Shown here: piece by piece, positions 25,707-35,647 of the stretch
Layout: each line of letters begins with the position of its first letter
Numbering within the stretch: the stretch's first letter is position 1
Position numbers and translations under genes: made by a program
Assembly: GCA_038199445.1 (NCBI GenBank)
Contig: JBBPYY010000112.1
Location: 1 to 55,013 of the forward strand
From: Terriglobales bacterium
Lineage (GTDB): Bacteria > Acidobacteriota > Terriglobia > Terriglobales > Acidobacteriaceae
Direction: 5' to 3'
DNA length: 55,013 nucleotides
The notes under the pieces: model-generated
The model's database searches: none
What the model saw: the letters and a program-made list of their open reading frames with translations, nothing else
Told to the model about the DNA's origin: nothing

Positions 25707-26468
25707 CTACTTTACGAGAAAGCGGTAGAGAATTCCGGCGGTAAAGCCCAAATTGTATTGCGTGCTGGAGTTTTGCGCCCCGCTGTAACGCGTGACGATG
25801 AGTTCGGGAGTCACCCGGTAAGCGAGGCGGGGCGAGCGGTTGACGTCGAGGCTGCCGCCAATGGCGCTGGCGAATGCAGTCTGACTGGGCAGAATTCCCA
25901 GGATGGCGGGCGAATGGCCTTTAAGGTCGCTCTCAGTGCTGAGTTTTCCGGCGCCGAAAAGTGCGTGCACGCTGGTGGCGAAATTCTGATTGTGGGGGCC
26001 GCGAACCTCAGGCCCGCCAAGGAACAGGTATTGGTTCACGGACGGGCCGGCTACGCGGAAGATGTTGGGCGTGGCGCCGGTGGTGCCATAGTAGCCGCGG
26101 ACGCTGGCTGCGGCGGCTAGCCGGTCTGTAAACCAGCGGGTGCCGATGATGTTGATTCCCCCCAGGTTAGCTCCCTCTGGTAACGGCGGCGAAACATGCA
26201 GATGGTCGTAGGCGAAACCGCCTGAAATCTCATAGGTATTGTCGTAGCGCGCCGCTGCGGGGGCCTCTGGCGGAGCCACCCGGGCCGCGGGCGCGGGTGT
26301 AGCCGGGGCGGTCTGGGGAGTGGTGGAAGGAGCGGTTTGCGCCGGAGGCGGGGCCGCGGCCGGAGACGGTGCGGCCTGCGCAAATGCGGCCGGAAGGGTT
26401 GCAGACAGGCATGCGCTGAGAACCCAGCCGGAGGCGCGGGAAACACTTTGTGACATTCTTTTCTCCAA
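25707..26468 (-). CDS. Outer-membrane beta-barrel protein (porin/OmpA-like barrel family)
   Basis: Signal peptide ending AFAQA, a Pro/Ala-rich linker, then alternating beta-strand-like sequence ending in an aromatic-rich C-terminus (GILYRFLVK). Confidence 0.5.
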   Translation of the reverse strand: MEKRMSQSVSRASGWVLSACLSATLPAAFAQAAPSPAAAPPPAQTAPSTTPQTAPATPAPAARVAPPEAPAAARYDNTYEISGGFAYDHLHVSPPLPEGANLGGINIIGTRWFTDRLAAAASVRGYYGTTGATPNIFRVAGPSVNQYLFLGGPEVRGPHNQNFATSVHALFGAGKLSTESDLKGHSPAILGILPSQTAFASAIGGSLDVNRSPRLAYRVTPELIVTRYSGAQNSSTQYNLGFTAGILYRFLVK

Positions 26469-26508
26469 GGAAATAGTGTACCGGAGCAGCCCTGTTAGGC
26501 TGGGAGTG

Positions 26509-26919
26509 ATGACGAAAGTGTATGAGTCTTTAGGGCAGATGATGGACGCGTGTGCCGTCGACGCGGTGCGGCTGGCGCGCGAGCGGTACGGGTTTGAACT
26601 GGACTATTCGGAAGAGAGTGTGACGTGGATGGACACCATTCTGACCAATGTCGCGGCTGACGAACCGGACATTCTGGAGACGGAAACCAAGCGCTGGGGT
26701 GGATATTTCGGCGAAGTAATTCGTCGGCGGTGGGACGGCGAGTGGAGTCTGGAGCAGTATCCGGGCGGCAACGCTGCAATGCCGGCAGTGACGGTGCGGG
26801 GGTCGAGGCTGTTTCCGCTGATGAAGGTGTATCGCCGGCTGACCATCGGCGAGGGCGAATCCGTGTCTGAGTTTTACGAGATGGTGCGGAAAAAGTTTGA
26901 CCTATCAAGAGAGCAGTAG
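26509..26919 (+). CDS. Hypothetical cytoplasmic protein (136 aa)
   Basis: ATG 26509 lies after GGGAG. The upstream part of the track ORF overlaps the opposite-strand gene and looks non-coding. No family recognised. Confidence 0.5.
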   Translation: MTKVYESLGQMMDACAVDAVRLARERYGFELDYSEESVTWMDTILTNVAADEPDILETETKRWGGYFGEVIRRRWDGEWSLEQYPGGNAAMPAVTVRGSRLFPLMKVYRRLTIGEGESVSEFYEMVRKKFDLSREQ

Positions 26920-27088
26920 CCGGGTGCCCCATTCTTGCGCAGCAAGGGTGGGGCGTACCAGCCCCCCAATCCGCGACGTGGATTTTGACGTATGTATGAC
27001 AGTGCTAGTACGCCGACGATGGTCTCGGCCAACGTGTGCGACAATTTGAGATGTGCATTCCGGCCTCAGGGGAGTGCGGAGGATTGCG

Positions 27089-27295
27089 ATGGGCGAGTTA
27101 TTTCAACCGATGCATCTGCTGATCGTGCTGGGTATTGCGTTCCTGGTCTTTGGCGGACGCAAGTTACCCGAACTTGGCAAGGGGCTCGGCGAGGGAATCA
27201 AGGGATTTAAGGACGGCATCAAGGGTGCCACGGAACCGTCGAAAGACGAACCACCCTCGATCAAACCGGATGTTCCCCCCAGCCAACTGAAGTAG
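27089..27295 (+). CDS. tatA: Twin-arginine translocase subunit TatA/E
   Basis: MGELFQPMHLLIVLGIAFLVFGGRKLPELGKGLGEGIKGFK is the canonical TatA N-terminus. GCGGAGGA lies upstream. Confidence 0.9.
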   Translation: MGELFQPMHLLIVLGIAFLVFGGRKLPELGKGLGEGIKGFKDGIKGATEPSKDEPPSIKPDVPPSQLK

Positions 27296-27353
27296 GCGCA
27301 GTCCGCTCTTGGAGCCGCGCCGCACATCCGCGAAGAAACGCAAATGATCATTG

Positions 27354-27387
27354 AAAGGCCCCGCAAATCGGGGCCTTTTGAATTTTG
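27354..27387 (+). terminator. Rho-independent terminator after tatA
   Basis: AAAGGCCCC (27354-27362) pairs with GGGGCCTTT (27370-27378), followed by TGAATTTTG. Confidence 0.75.
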
Positions 27388-27464
27388 AAAATAAGATGCA
27401 GCGGAGGTCGCGGTTTCTCGGTGAGAACCCGCGACTAAAAGACGAAGGCACGGTGTGAGTCGCT

Positions 27465-28271
27465 ATGGTGAAAGTGAAGAACAGGTACCTGGTCGAGCCG
27501 CATGCGAAGGTAAAACTGGAGAAGCGGCCCACCCGCGTAAAGGAAGCGACCAACAAGAAAGCGGCGCAGCAATCTCTAATTAAGAACCTCGACCGGCTGT
27601 CCCAACTGCAGGAGCTGTTGAGCGCTGAGCAGAAGCATGCGCTGCTGATCGTGTTGCAGGGGATGGACACAGCTGGAAAAGACGGCACGATCCGGCACAT
27701 CTTCACGGGCGTGAATCCGCAGGGCTGCGATGTAACAGCGTTCAAGGTGCCGACGCAGCTCGAGGCGCGTCACGATTTCTTATGGCGCGTTCATAATGCC
27801 GTTCCGCCCCGCGGCATGATTGGGATTTTCAATCGCTCGCATTATGAAGACGTGTTGGTCACGCGCGTTCACAAGACAATCGACGCGAAAGAAGCTGCCC
27901 GCCGGTGCAGAGATATTGTGCAGTTTGAGCGGATGCTCGCTGCCAACGGAGTCACCATCCTGAAATTCTTTCTGCATATCAGCAAAGACGAGCAGACGCG
28001 GCGGCTTGAGGCGCGATTGGCAGACCCGAACAAGCACTGGAAAATCAGCAACGCGGACTTTGCCGAGCGTCCCCACTGGGCGGACTATCAAGCCGCTTAT
28101 GCGGACGCAATCGAGGGGACCAGCCGCAGACATGCGCCGTGGTTTGTCATTCCCGCGGACGACAAGACGTATCGAAATGTAGTGATTTCGGAGATTGTGG
28201 TCGCGGCGATGCAGCAGTTGAAGATGAAGTACCCGCGGCCGACGTTCGATCCAGCGATGATCAAGCTATAG
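27465..28271 (+). CDS. ppk2: Polyphosphate kinase 2 family protein (single PPK2 domain)
   Basis: LIVLQGMDTAGKDGTIRH (Walker A-like) and FNRSHYEDVLV motifs typical of PPK2. Confidence 0.85.
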   Translation: MVKVKNRYLVEPHAKVKLEKRPTRVKEATNKKAAQQSLIKNLDRLSQLQELLSAEQKHALLIVLQGMDTAGKDGTIRHIFTGVNPQGCDVTAFKVPTQLEARHDFLWRVHNAVPPRGMIGIFNRSHYEDVLVTRVHKTIDAKEAARRCRDIVQFERMLAANGVTILKFFLHISKDEQTRRLEARLADPNKHWKISNADFAERPHWADYQAAYADAIEGTSRRHAPWFVIPADDKTYRNVVISEIVVAAMQQLKMKYPRPTFDPAMIKL

Positions 28272-28340
28272 CCGGAGCTTGACAGAGAACGTTCCCTGAC
28301 CCTGGCTTGCGCAGCATGGGGAGAGGTGCCTGAGCTTTGC

Positions 28341-29201
28341 CTAGATGGAGATCAAGGCAACTGCGGCGAGGGCGAGCACCATGCCCGCAGTCTGCAGCCG
28401 GGTGGTTCGTTCCTTGAGCAGCCAATGCGCGAGCAGAATGGTTGCTGCCGGGTAGAGCGAGGACAGCATGGCGGCGACGTCGAGGCGACCGGCACGGGTG
28501 GCCAGCATGTAGAACATGTTGCCGGCGGTATCGAGCAGTCCGGCGAGGCCCGCAAGGCCGAGCGTCGCGGGCAGCAACAGTCGCGTGCGTTGCTCGCTGG
28601 GTCGACGCAGAAGTGGGATCGATGCTCCGCCGGCCACAATCACGCTGGCGATACGCGATGCGATCTGCGGCCAGATCACTCCGTTCGTGCCAGCGAATTT
28701 AAGGCCGAGCAGCAGAATCCCGAAACCGATTCCGGCGACGATCGCGAATAGCAGCCCTTTGGGCCGTCCAGTCCCGTCGGCCGCGCGCGGGCTGTAGGCG
28801 ATGAAGACGATCGACACGGCCGCGAGCGCGAAGCCTGCCAGGCGAATGGGGCCGGGTGTTCCGCTGCGGATAAAGGAAAAAAAGACCGGAATTGCGGCGG
28901 TGATCAGACCGGAGACGGCCGCATTGAGGCCCATCTGACCCAGCGAGAGCGCATGGTAGAAGCAGATGAGGCCGATGCTGCCCGCGATTCCCGCAGTGAA
29001 GCCCCAGGCCAGATTGTGCAGATCGACCACGGGTGTATGCGTAAGCAGCGCCCAGAGAAGCAGCAGGATCAGGCTGCTGCCATGCGCGATGGCAACGATA
29101 GGAATTGCAGGCGCGCGCTTGGCGGAGATGCCGCCAGTAAAGTCAGCGGTGCCCCAGACGACGGCCGCGCAGACTCCAAAGAGCGTCGTGCCAGGGTTCA
29201 T
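28341..29201 (-). CDS. DMT superfamily (EamA-like) transporter
   Basis: About 10 hydrophobic helices arranged as two repeats. Gly/Ala-rich composition typical of EamA proteins. Confidence 0.7.
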   Translation of the reverse strand: MNPGTTLFGVCAAVVWGTADFTGGISAKRAPAIPIVAIAHGSSLILLLLWALLTHTPVVDLHNLAWGFTAGIAGSIGLICFYHALSLGQMGLNAAVSGLITAAIPVFFSFIRSGTPGPIRLAGFALAAVSIVFIAYSPRAADGTGRPKGLLFAIVAGIGFGILLLGLKFAGTNGVIWPQIASRIASVIVAGGASIPLLRRPSEQRTRLLLPATLGLAGLAGLLDTAGNMFYMLATRAGRLDVAAMLSSLYPAATILLAHWLLKERTTRLQTAGMVLALAAVALISI

Positions 29202-29204
29202 TCC

Positions 29205-30488
29205 CTAGGGCTGCGTGAGCGGCCGGGCGGTAGGGTAGTAGCCCGGCGGCGCATCCACTTCGACATTCGGGCGTTCTACGCGCACCTCGCTCGAGCGGAA
29301 TTTTGAGTTAAGGGTCGAGGTATGGCTGACGTAGCCGAGGGTATATTGCGTGCGCACCTGTTCGGTAATCTTCGCGAAGCTGCTCTCGATGCCATTGCGG
29401 GTAATTTCCGCATCGAGCGCGCCGCCGGTGGCGACGACATAGCTCGGCAGGATATTGCCACGCTGCTCCAGGAAGGGCAGGTGATATTTGTCGAGGAAGC
29501 CGAAGACGGGCAGGGCTGATTCTCCGACGACGGTGGCGTATACCGAGATGTTGTTGGTCTGCAGAAACTTCACGACGTCCTTGTACTTGGCCTTGCTGCC
29601 GTATTCCTTGCCGTCGCTGATGATGTAAAGGATGCGGCGACGTCCGCGTTCGCGGCGCGCGAGGTCGGTGGCGGCAAACAAAATCGCATCATTGAGAGCG
29701 TGAACATCTTTGGGGACGATGTTCAGGCTCTGATTATTTGGATGAGGCGTGAGGTTGGGATCGAAGACATGGCCGTTAACCGTTGGACCCTCTGCAAGGG
29801 GGCCGCTGGTGATAGGCACACCCATTTCTCGCCCGGAGCGTTTAGCGCGCTCGATGACGGCGGGCAGCCGGGCGCCGGTGGCGGCGGTGAAATCGGTCTC
29901 GAGGTGCGCCGAGACGCCATAGGTATAGACGGCGACTTCGTCAGACGGCGCAAACGCCGCAGGCACGGCGCTGAGCGCTTCGTTGACGCGCTTCATGGTG
30001 TCTTGCGTGACGCCTTGGTCAATCACAAATGCGACGGAGAGAGGGAAAGGATCGACGGTGAAAAGGGAGAGACGCTGGCGCTCGCCGTTTTCGTAGACTT
30101 TGAAATCGCGCCAGGTGAGTCCGGCGACGAGCTGTCCCTTTTTGTCTTTCACGGTGACGGGCAAAACGACGAAGTTGACGGGAACACGGATGGTGGTGAT
30201 GGGACCCTTGCCCGCTTCGGGCAGCATCTCGGGCGGGAAGTCATTGGGGTCGGACGACTGGGGAACTGGCTTGGCGCGCGGAGGTGCGGGTGGCGTGGGT
30301 TGGGCTGTCGCGGCGGCGGGGCCCGTTCCAGCACCCGGCTGCACTGTTTCCCTCAGATCGGGGATGCTGGTCGGCTGAGGGGCGGGGGCGTCTGGAACGC
30401 TGGAGGGGGGTTGTTGGCCGGCGAAAAGCAGCGGCAGCAGGACGGCAAGAACGACTTCCCGCACGGAAAACTCCTTCAAAGAAAGCAA
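29205..30488 (-). CDS. Secreted VWA domain protein, TIGR03436 (acidobacterial VWFA-related) type
   Basis: Signal peptide, Pro-rich linker, IRVPVNFVVLPVTVKDKKGQLVAGLTWRDFKVYENGERQ, then a VWA-like core (ILYIISDGKEYGS). Confidence 0.7.
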   Translation of the reverse strand: MLSLKEFSVREVVLAVLLPLLFAGQQPPSSVPDAPAPQPTSIPDLRETVQPGAGTGPAAATAQPTPPAPPRAKPVPQSSDPNDFPPEMLPEAGKGPITTIRVPVNFVVLPVTVKDKKGQLVAGLTWRDFKVYENGERQRLSLFTVDPFPLSVAFVIDQGVTQDTMKRVNEALSAVPAAFAPSDEVAVYTYGVSAHLETDFTAATGARLPAVIERAKRSGREMGVPITSGPLAEGPTVNGHVFDPNLTPHPNNQSLNIVPKDVHALNDAILFAATDLARRERGRRRILYIISDGKEYGSKAKYKDVVKFLQTNNISVYATVVGESALPVFGFLDKYHLPFLEQRGNILPSYVVATGGALDAEITRNGIESSFAKITEQVRTQYTLGYVSHTSTLNSKFRSSEVRVERPNVEVDAPPGYYPTARPLTQP

Positions 30489-30612
30489 GCCGCAAAGTGA
30501 ATATTCCCGGCAACCGACAGGTTATCAGATGCAAACCTGCGTTCTTTTGATGGTCACGGGTGGGCGGCGCGAGTTTGCGAATGCGCTTCCTTCGCGGGAT
30601 ACTGACCGTCTG

Positions 30613-31680
30613 ATGGGTATGGCTTACAAGAATTTGATGGCTGGGCTGGCGGTGGTGCTCGCTATCACGTCCCTGATTTCGCCGATGGCGGCACGCGCGC
30701 AATTGGCACCGTCGCCCGACGCGCCACCGCCCGCGTCGTCGGCGAAACCGGAAGTGGATGAATCGGAGCCAGTGCAAACGCTGAAGGTGCGAGTGAGCCT
30801 CGTGAGTTTGTACTTCACGGCACGCGACCGCCATGGAGCGCTGCTGCCGGATTTGAAGAAAGAAAACTGCAATGTGCTGGAGGATAAGAAGCCGCAAACG
30901 TTGAAGAATTTCAACGCGCAGGCTGATCAGCCGTTGACGATGGGCATCTTGCTCGACACAAGCGGCAGCCAACAGAACGTGCTGAGAATCGAACAGCAGG
31001 CGGGCGCGCAATTTCTATCGAGGGTGTTGCGGGAGAAAGATGAAGCGTTTTTGATTTCGTTCGACATCAACTCGCAACTGTTGACGGATTACACGAATAA
31101 TCCGCGAGTGCTGCGCACAGCGATGGATAAAGCGGAGATCAATACGGGCAGCGCGGGATATGGCGGTGCAATTCCGCAGACGCACACGAAGGGAACAGTG
31201 CTCTATGACGCGGTGTATCTGGCGTCGCATGAAAAATTGCAGGGCGAGACCGGGCGCAAGGCCATGGTGCTGCTGACGGACGGAGAAGATCAGGGCAGTG
31301 ACGTGACGCTGATCGGAGCCATCGAAGCGGCGCAGAAAGCCGACACGATTGTGTATGTACTGCTGTGTGCGGACCGCGGCTTTTACAGCGGCGGCGGGAT
31401 CAACATCGGATACGGTGGAGATAGCGCGATGCGCAAGCTGACCGAAGCTACGGGCGGTCGCGTGATCGATGTGGGAAATAACGAGAAGAAGCTGCAGGAC
31501 GCGTTCGCGCAAATTGAGGCGGAGTTGCGCACGCAATACGTGGCGAGTTACACGCCGACGAATCCTGCGCTCGATGGGTCGTACCGGAAGATTGAGATTC
31601 AGTGCAAGCAGAATCCCTCGGACGAGAACCTGCTGAAAGTGCAGGCGCGAAAAGGCTATTACGCGATACCGCGGGACTAA
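30613..31680 (+). CDS. Secreted VWA domain protein, TIGR03436 type (paralogue of 29205-30488)
   Basis: ATG 30613 or 30619, signal peptide, LKVRVSLVSLYFTARDRHGALLPDLKKENCNVLEDKKPQ, and a VWA core (MVLLTDGEDQGS). Confidence 0.7.
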   Translation: MGMAYKNLMAGLAVVLAITSLISPMAARAQLAPSPDAPPPASSAKPEVDESEPVQTLKVRVSLVSLYFTARDRHGALLPDLKKENCNVLEDKKPQTLKNFNAQADQPLTMGILLDTSGSQQNVLRIEQQAGAQFLSRVLREKDEAFLISFDINSQLLTDYTNNPRVLRTAMDKAEINTGSAGYGGAIPQTHTKGTVLYDAVYLASHEKLQGETGRKAMVLLTDGEDQGSDVTLIGAIEAAQKADTIVYVLLCADRGFYSGGGINIGYGGDSAMRKLTEATGGRVIDVGNNEKKLQDAFAQIEAELRTQYVASYTPTNPALDGSYRKIEIQCKQNPSDENLLKVQARKGYYAIPRD

Positions 31681-31705
31681 CTTCCGTATCCCGTAAGAAT
31701 ACGGG

Positions 31706-32884
31706 TCAACGCTTGAGGTATTTCTTCAGTGCCTCAAGACCATTCGCGATCGTCTCAAGCGGGACGGCATATCCGAAACGCAGATGCCCTTCGCCTTGGG
31801 GGCCGAAGATGACTCCGGGAATGGTTGCGACGTGTGCTTTTTCGAGCAGGCGGGTAGCGGCTTCGCGGCTCTGCTTGTGGATATTCGTTGCGCGGGCGAA
31901 GGCATAGAACGCGCCGGCCGGCACGCCGCATTCAAAGCCGAGTTCGTTGAGACCCGCGACCAGCAGGTCGCGGCGCTTTTTATATTCGGCGCGCTGAGTT
32001 GCGAAGAACGATTGCGGCATCTTCATCGCAGCGAGCGCGGCCCACTGGGTAGGAGTGGAGACACCGTTAGTCGAGTAGAGAACAATTTTGCGCATCGCTG
32101 TCATGAAGGGCTCTGGCGCGACCGCGTACCCGACACGCCAGCCGGTCATGCCGTAACTTTTTGAAAATGTATAACAAGTGATGGTGCGCTCGGCCATGCC
32201 GGGCAGCGTGGCGATCGAGACGTGTTCGCCCTTGTAGATAAGATCTTCATAAGCTTCGTCAGCGAAGACCACGAGATTGTATTTAATGGCGAATGCGGCG
32301 ACCTGCTCTGCATCTTTGCGCGCGAAGACCGTACCCGATGGATTCTGGGGAGTGTTGTAGTAGATGGCGCGCGTGGTCTTTGTGTAATAGCGTTCCAGCG
32401 ATTGGGCGAGACCTTCCTTGCACGCGCGCTCGGTGGGAACGAGCAGCGGTCGTGCCTGCGCCATGACGATCATGTCGTGAATCGGAGTCCAGTAGGGCGA
32501 AAAAAGCAGCGCATCGTCGCCCGGATCGAGCACAGCCTGAAAAGCCGCGTGCAGAGCGTGTGCGCCGCCTACGGTGAGGAGTACATTCTCTTCTTTGACG
32601 TGCTGCATGCCATTGCGAGTGCGCAGTTTTTCGGCGATGGCGACGCGAAGAGGCTCGATTCCCGAGGAAGGCGCGTAGCGCGTTTTGTTTTCTGAAAGTG
32701 CGAGCGTCATCGCGTCTTTGATGGGCTGGGGGGTGTCGAAATAGGGCTCGCCACCATGGAAGCCGAATACATTTTTGTCGGCGGCGCGAAGGGCCATGAC
32801 TTGGTTGCGGACCTTGACGATGTCGGAAAATCCAACTTCATCAAGGCGTCTGGATGTGCGGAGGGATTTCGTTCCGGTGGGCAT
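31706..32884 (-). CDS. Class I pyridoxal-phosphate-dependent aminotransferase (aspartate/aromatic type)
   Basis: PLP-lysine motif SKSYGMTGWRVGY and overall aminotransferase class I layout. Lies 42 nt downstream of hisA. Confidence 0.8.
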   Translation of the reverse strand: MPTGTKSLRTSRRLDEVGFSDIVKVRNQVMALRAADKNVFGFHGGEPYFDTPQPIKDAMTLALSENKTRYAPSSGIEPLRVAIAEKLRTRNGMQHVKEENVLLTVGGAHALHAAFQAVLDPGDDALLFSPYWTPIHDMIVMAQARPLLVPTERACKEGLAQSLERYYTKTTRAIYYNTPQNPSGTVFARKDAEQVAAFAIKYNLVVFADEAYEDLIYKGEHVSIATLPGMAERTITCYTFSKSYGMTGWRVGYAVAPEPFMTAMRKIVLYSTNGVSTPTQWAALAAMKMPQSFFATQRAEYKKRRDLLVAGLNELGFECGVPAGAFYAFARATNIHKQSREAATRLLEKAHVATIPGVIFGPQGEGHLRFGYAVPLETIANGLEALKKYLKR

Positions 32885-32926
32885 GCACTTGTATTGTGGC
32901 GGGAGCAGCGGACAATCGGCAACTCG

Positions 32927-33628
32927 CTAGGCGGGGATGCGACCAGTGTAGATTGCCATTCCCGAGACAGTATCGACGCCGAGTGCATCAAGGGCGGTTA
33001 CTTCCGCGAGTTCGCGGATGCCTCCCGCGACGATGAGTTGCCGCGTGGTAAGGGCGCGCAACTCCTTTGCGCGGTCGATAGGGAAGCCGGTCATCGTTCC
33101 CTCAGTGTCGATGTGGGTGTAGAGGAAAGCGGCACAGTGCGGTTCGAGGAGCGGGATCGCATCCTGCGGACGGATCGCGACTTGTTCTCTCCAGCCCTTG
33201 ACGGCGATTTGGCCCGATTTGGTGTCGATGCCGAAGACGAGATGTTCGCGGCCAACCTCGTCGGCGAGGTTGGCCGCGAAGTCGAGCGCGACGAAGTCGA
33301 CCGGTGCCGGGGAATGGTGCGACGGCGAACGAAAAAGGCTGGAGCCGATGATGACGCGACGCGCACCGGCGTCGAGGATTGCGCGCGCTGTTGAGATGTC
33401 GCGAATGCCTCCACCGACCTGGCAGGGGAGTCGTTTGGAGATCATGGCGATCAGGTCGCGATTTTCGCCCTGGCGCATTGCGGCGTCGAGGTCGATCAGT
33501 TGGACGATCTTGTAGCTTGCGAAGCGTTCGATCCAGTACTCGAAATCGTCGAAGGCCAGTGCTAGCCTCTCGCCCTGGACGAGCTGGACGATGCGGCCTC
33601 CCATCAGGTCGATGGAGGGGATCAGCAT
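32927..33628 (-). CDS. hisA: ProFAR isomerase (HisA), divergent
   Basis: MLIPSIDLMGGRIVQLVQG, VGGGIR and IVAGGI motifs of the HisA/HisF TIM barrel, in his operon context. Confidence 0.7.
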   Translation of the reverse strand: MLIPSIDLMGGRIVQLVQGERLALAFDDFEYWIERFASYKIVQLIDLDAAMRQGENRDLIAMISKRLPCQVGGGIRDISTARAILDAGARRVIIGSSLFRSPSHHSPAPVDFVALDFAANLADEVGREHLVFGIDTKSGQIAVKGWREQVAIRPQDAIPLLEPHCAAFLYTHIDTEGTMTGFPIDRAKELRALTTRQLIVAGGIRELAEVTALDALGVDTVSGMAIYTGRIPA

Positions 33629-33641
33629 GGAAGCGTCGTGC

Positions 33642-34421
33642 TCAACACGGCAGCCTCATGGAAATTCCTGCGTGCGCTAGTTCTTGCTTGAGGGCGCGGA
33701 CATCTGCGATGCCAAAGTGAAAGATGCTGGCGGCGAGAGCTGCATCGGCCGCGCCTCGCTGGAAGACGTCTACGAAGTGCTGCGCAGTGCCTGCCCCGCC
33801 CGAGGCGATGACCGGAATTTGTACGGCGTGACTGACCATCGCTGTGAGTTCGCAGTCGAAGCCGTCGCGGGTGCCGTCGGAGTCCATTGAAGTGAGCAGG
33901 ATTTCGCCGGCTCCACGATCTTCTGCTTCGCGCGCCCAGTCGAAAACCTTTCTGTTGGCGGCAATGCGGCCGCCGCTGACATAGACCTGCGCATTTGTAA
34001 CCGAGTCAGTTACAGACAAATCGCGCTTGCCGTCGATCGCGACGATGACAGCCTGCGCGCCGAAGCTTTTGCCGATTTCGCCGATGAGGTTTGGATCGGC
34101 GAGGGCTGCAGAATTGATGCTGATCTTGTCAGCGCCGGCGGTGAAAACAGCTTCGGCGTCGGCCGCGGTACGAATTCCCCCGCCAACGGTGAAGGGCACA
34201 AAGAGTTGGCGCGCCGCACGGCGCACGGTTTCGAGCAGCGTTCCGCGGCCCTGCTGCGTGGCTGTAATGTCGAGGAGGACGATTTCGTCGGCGCCAGCTG
34301 CGGCGTGGCGTGCCGCCAGTTCCGCGGGGTCGCCGGCATCGCGGAGATCTTCAAAGCGAATGCCTTTAACGACCCGGCCGTCGGTTACGTCGAGGCAGGC
34401 GATGATGCGTTTGGTCAGCAT
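33642..34421 (-). CDS. hisF: Imidazole glycerol phosphate synthase, cyclase subunit
   Basis: The conserved start is [20 protein letters not shown] at 34421. The track ORF extends upstream through hisH and that extension is discounted. [12 protein letters not shown] motif present. Confidence 0.9.
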   Translation of the reverse strand: MLTKRIIACLDVTDGRVVKGIRFEDLRDAGDPAELAARHAAAGADEIVLLDITATQQGRGTLLETVRRAARQLFVPFTVGGGIRTAADAEAVFTAGADKISINSAALADPNLIGEIGKSFGAQAVIVAIDGKRDLSVTDSVTNAQVYVSGGRIAANRKVFDWAREAEDRGAGEILLTSMDSDGTRDGFDCELTAMVSHAVQIPVIASGGAGTAQHFVDVFQRGAADAALAASIFHFGIADVRALKQELAHAGISMRLPC

Positions 34422-35008
34422 GAGAGGAAGTTCCCCAGAATTTGAAGGCCGGCGTCGCCGGATTTTTCCGGGTGAAACTGGACGCCCATCACGTTGTCGC
34501 GTTCGATGGCAGCTGCGAACGTGCCGCCGTATTCCGTGGACGCGGCACAGAATTCTGTAAGTGGTGCTCGGTAAGAGTGGGTGAAATACACAAACGAGTT
34601 GGAAGGCACACCTTTGAGGAGACGGGACGAAGAGGAAATCTCGAGCGAATTCCATCCAACGTGTGGAGATTTGACGGTCGAGGGAAAACGCTCACACATG
34701 CCGGCGAACGAACCGAGTCCCGGCACTTCCGGCGCTTCGGTACTGCCTTCGAACAGCCATTGCATTCCGACGCATACGCCCAGGAAAGGCCTTTTGTCCT
34801 TGATCGCGGTGCGCACGGCATCCGCGAGTCCGGTTTGGGCAAGCAGCCGCGTGGCAGCGAAATGTCCAACGCCGGGGAGGATGATTCGATCGGCGGCCAG
34901 AACATCTGCGGGCCGGGCGGTGACCACTGCATCTTTTACGCCCAGCGATTCAAGCGCTTTGATCACGGAGGTGAGGTTGCCGGCTTTGTAGTCGATGACT
35001 GCAAGCAT
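34415..35008 (-). CDS. hisH: Imidazole glycerol phosphate synthase, glutamine amidotransferase subunit
   Basis: [22 protein letters not shown], and the catalytic Cys in LGVCVGMQ. Confidence 0.9.
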   Translation of the reverse strand: MLAVIDYKAGNLTSVIKALESLGVKDAVVTARPADVLAADRIILPGVGHFAATRLLAQTGLADAVRTAIKDKRPFLGVCVGMQWLFEGSTEAPEVPGLGSFAGMCERFPSTVKSPHVGWNSLEISSSSRLLKGVPSNSFVYFTHSYRAPLTEFCAASTEYGGTFAAAIERDNVMGVQFHPEKSGDAGLQILGNFLSC

Positions 35009-35026
35009 AATAAGTAACTGCCGCGG

Positions 35027-35647
35027 TTACAGAAGTCCCTTGGTGCTGGGAAGCATGTTGCGCATGCGCGCATCGCGGGAACAGGCCGCTCGCAGCGCGC
35101 GGGAAAAGGCTTTAAAGATTGCCTCGATCTTGTGATGATTCGAGCGGCCGTACATCGTTTTTAGATGGACGTTAGCGCGGGCTCCGCGGGCGAAGCCTTC
35201 AAAGAAATCGAACACAAGCTCTGTTTGCAGATCGCCAACCATGCGCACGCGGACTTGAGTATCGACCACGCAGGCGGCGCGGCCGCTGAGGTCGACGGCG
35301 GCGATGGCGAGCGTTTCGTCCATCGGCATAAGGAAGTATCCGGCGCGAAGGATGCCTTTCTTGTCGCCCAGTGCCTGGTCGAATGCATTGCCGAGGGCGA
35401 TGCCGACGTCTTCGATGGTGTGATGCTGATCGACGTCGAGGTCGCCGTCACATTTCAGCTCGAGATCGAATCCGCCGTGACGCGTGAAGAGTTCAAGCAT
35501 GTGGTCGAAGAAGCGAATGCCGGTGGCGACGCGATAGGTCCCTTTGCCATCGATGCTCAGCCGCAAAGAGATGCGAGTCTCGGTCGTGTTGCGCACCAGC
35601 GTCGCCGTGCGCGTTGATTTGCGCGGGACTACTTTGGCGATCGCCAT
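35027..35647 (-). CDS. hisB: Imidazoleglycerol-phosphate dehydratase (monofunctional)
   Basis: Start at 35647 gives [44 protein letters not shown] motif present. The longer track ORF is an artefact that overlaps hisC. Confidence 0.9.
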   Translation of the reverse strand: MAIAKVVPRKSTRTATLVRNTTETRISLRLSIDGKGTYRVATGIRFFDHMLELFTRHGGFDLELKCDGDLDVDQHHTIEDVGIALGNAFDQALGDKKGILRAGYFLMPMDETLAIAAVDLSGRAACVVDTQVRVRMVGDLQTELVFDFFEGFARGARANVHLKTMYGRSNHHKIEAIFKAFSRALRAACSRDARMRNMLPSTKGLL

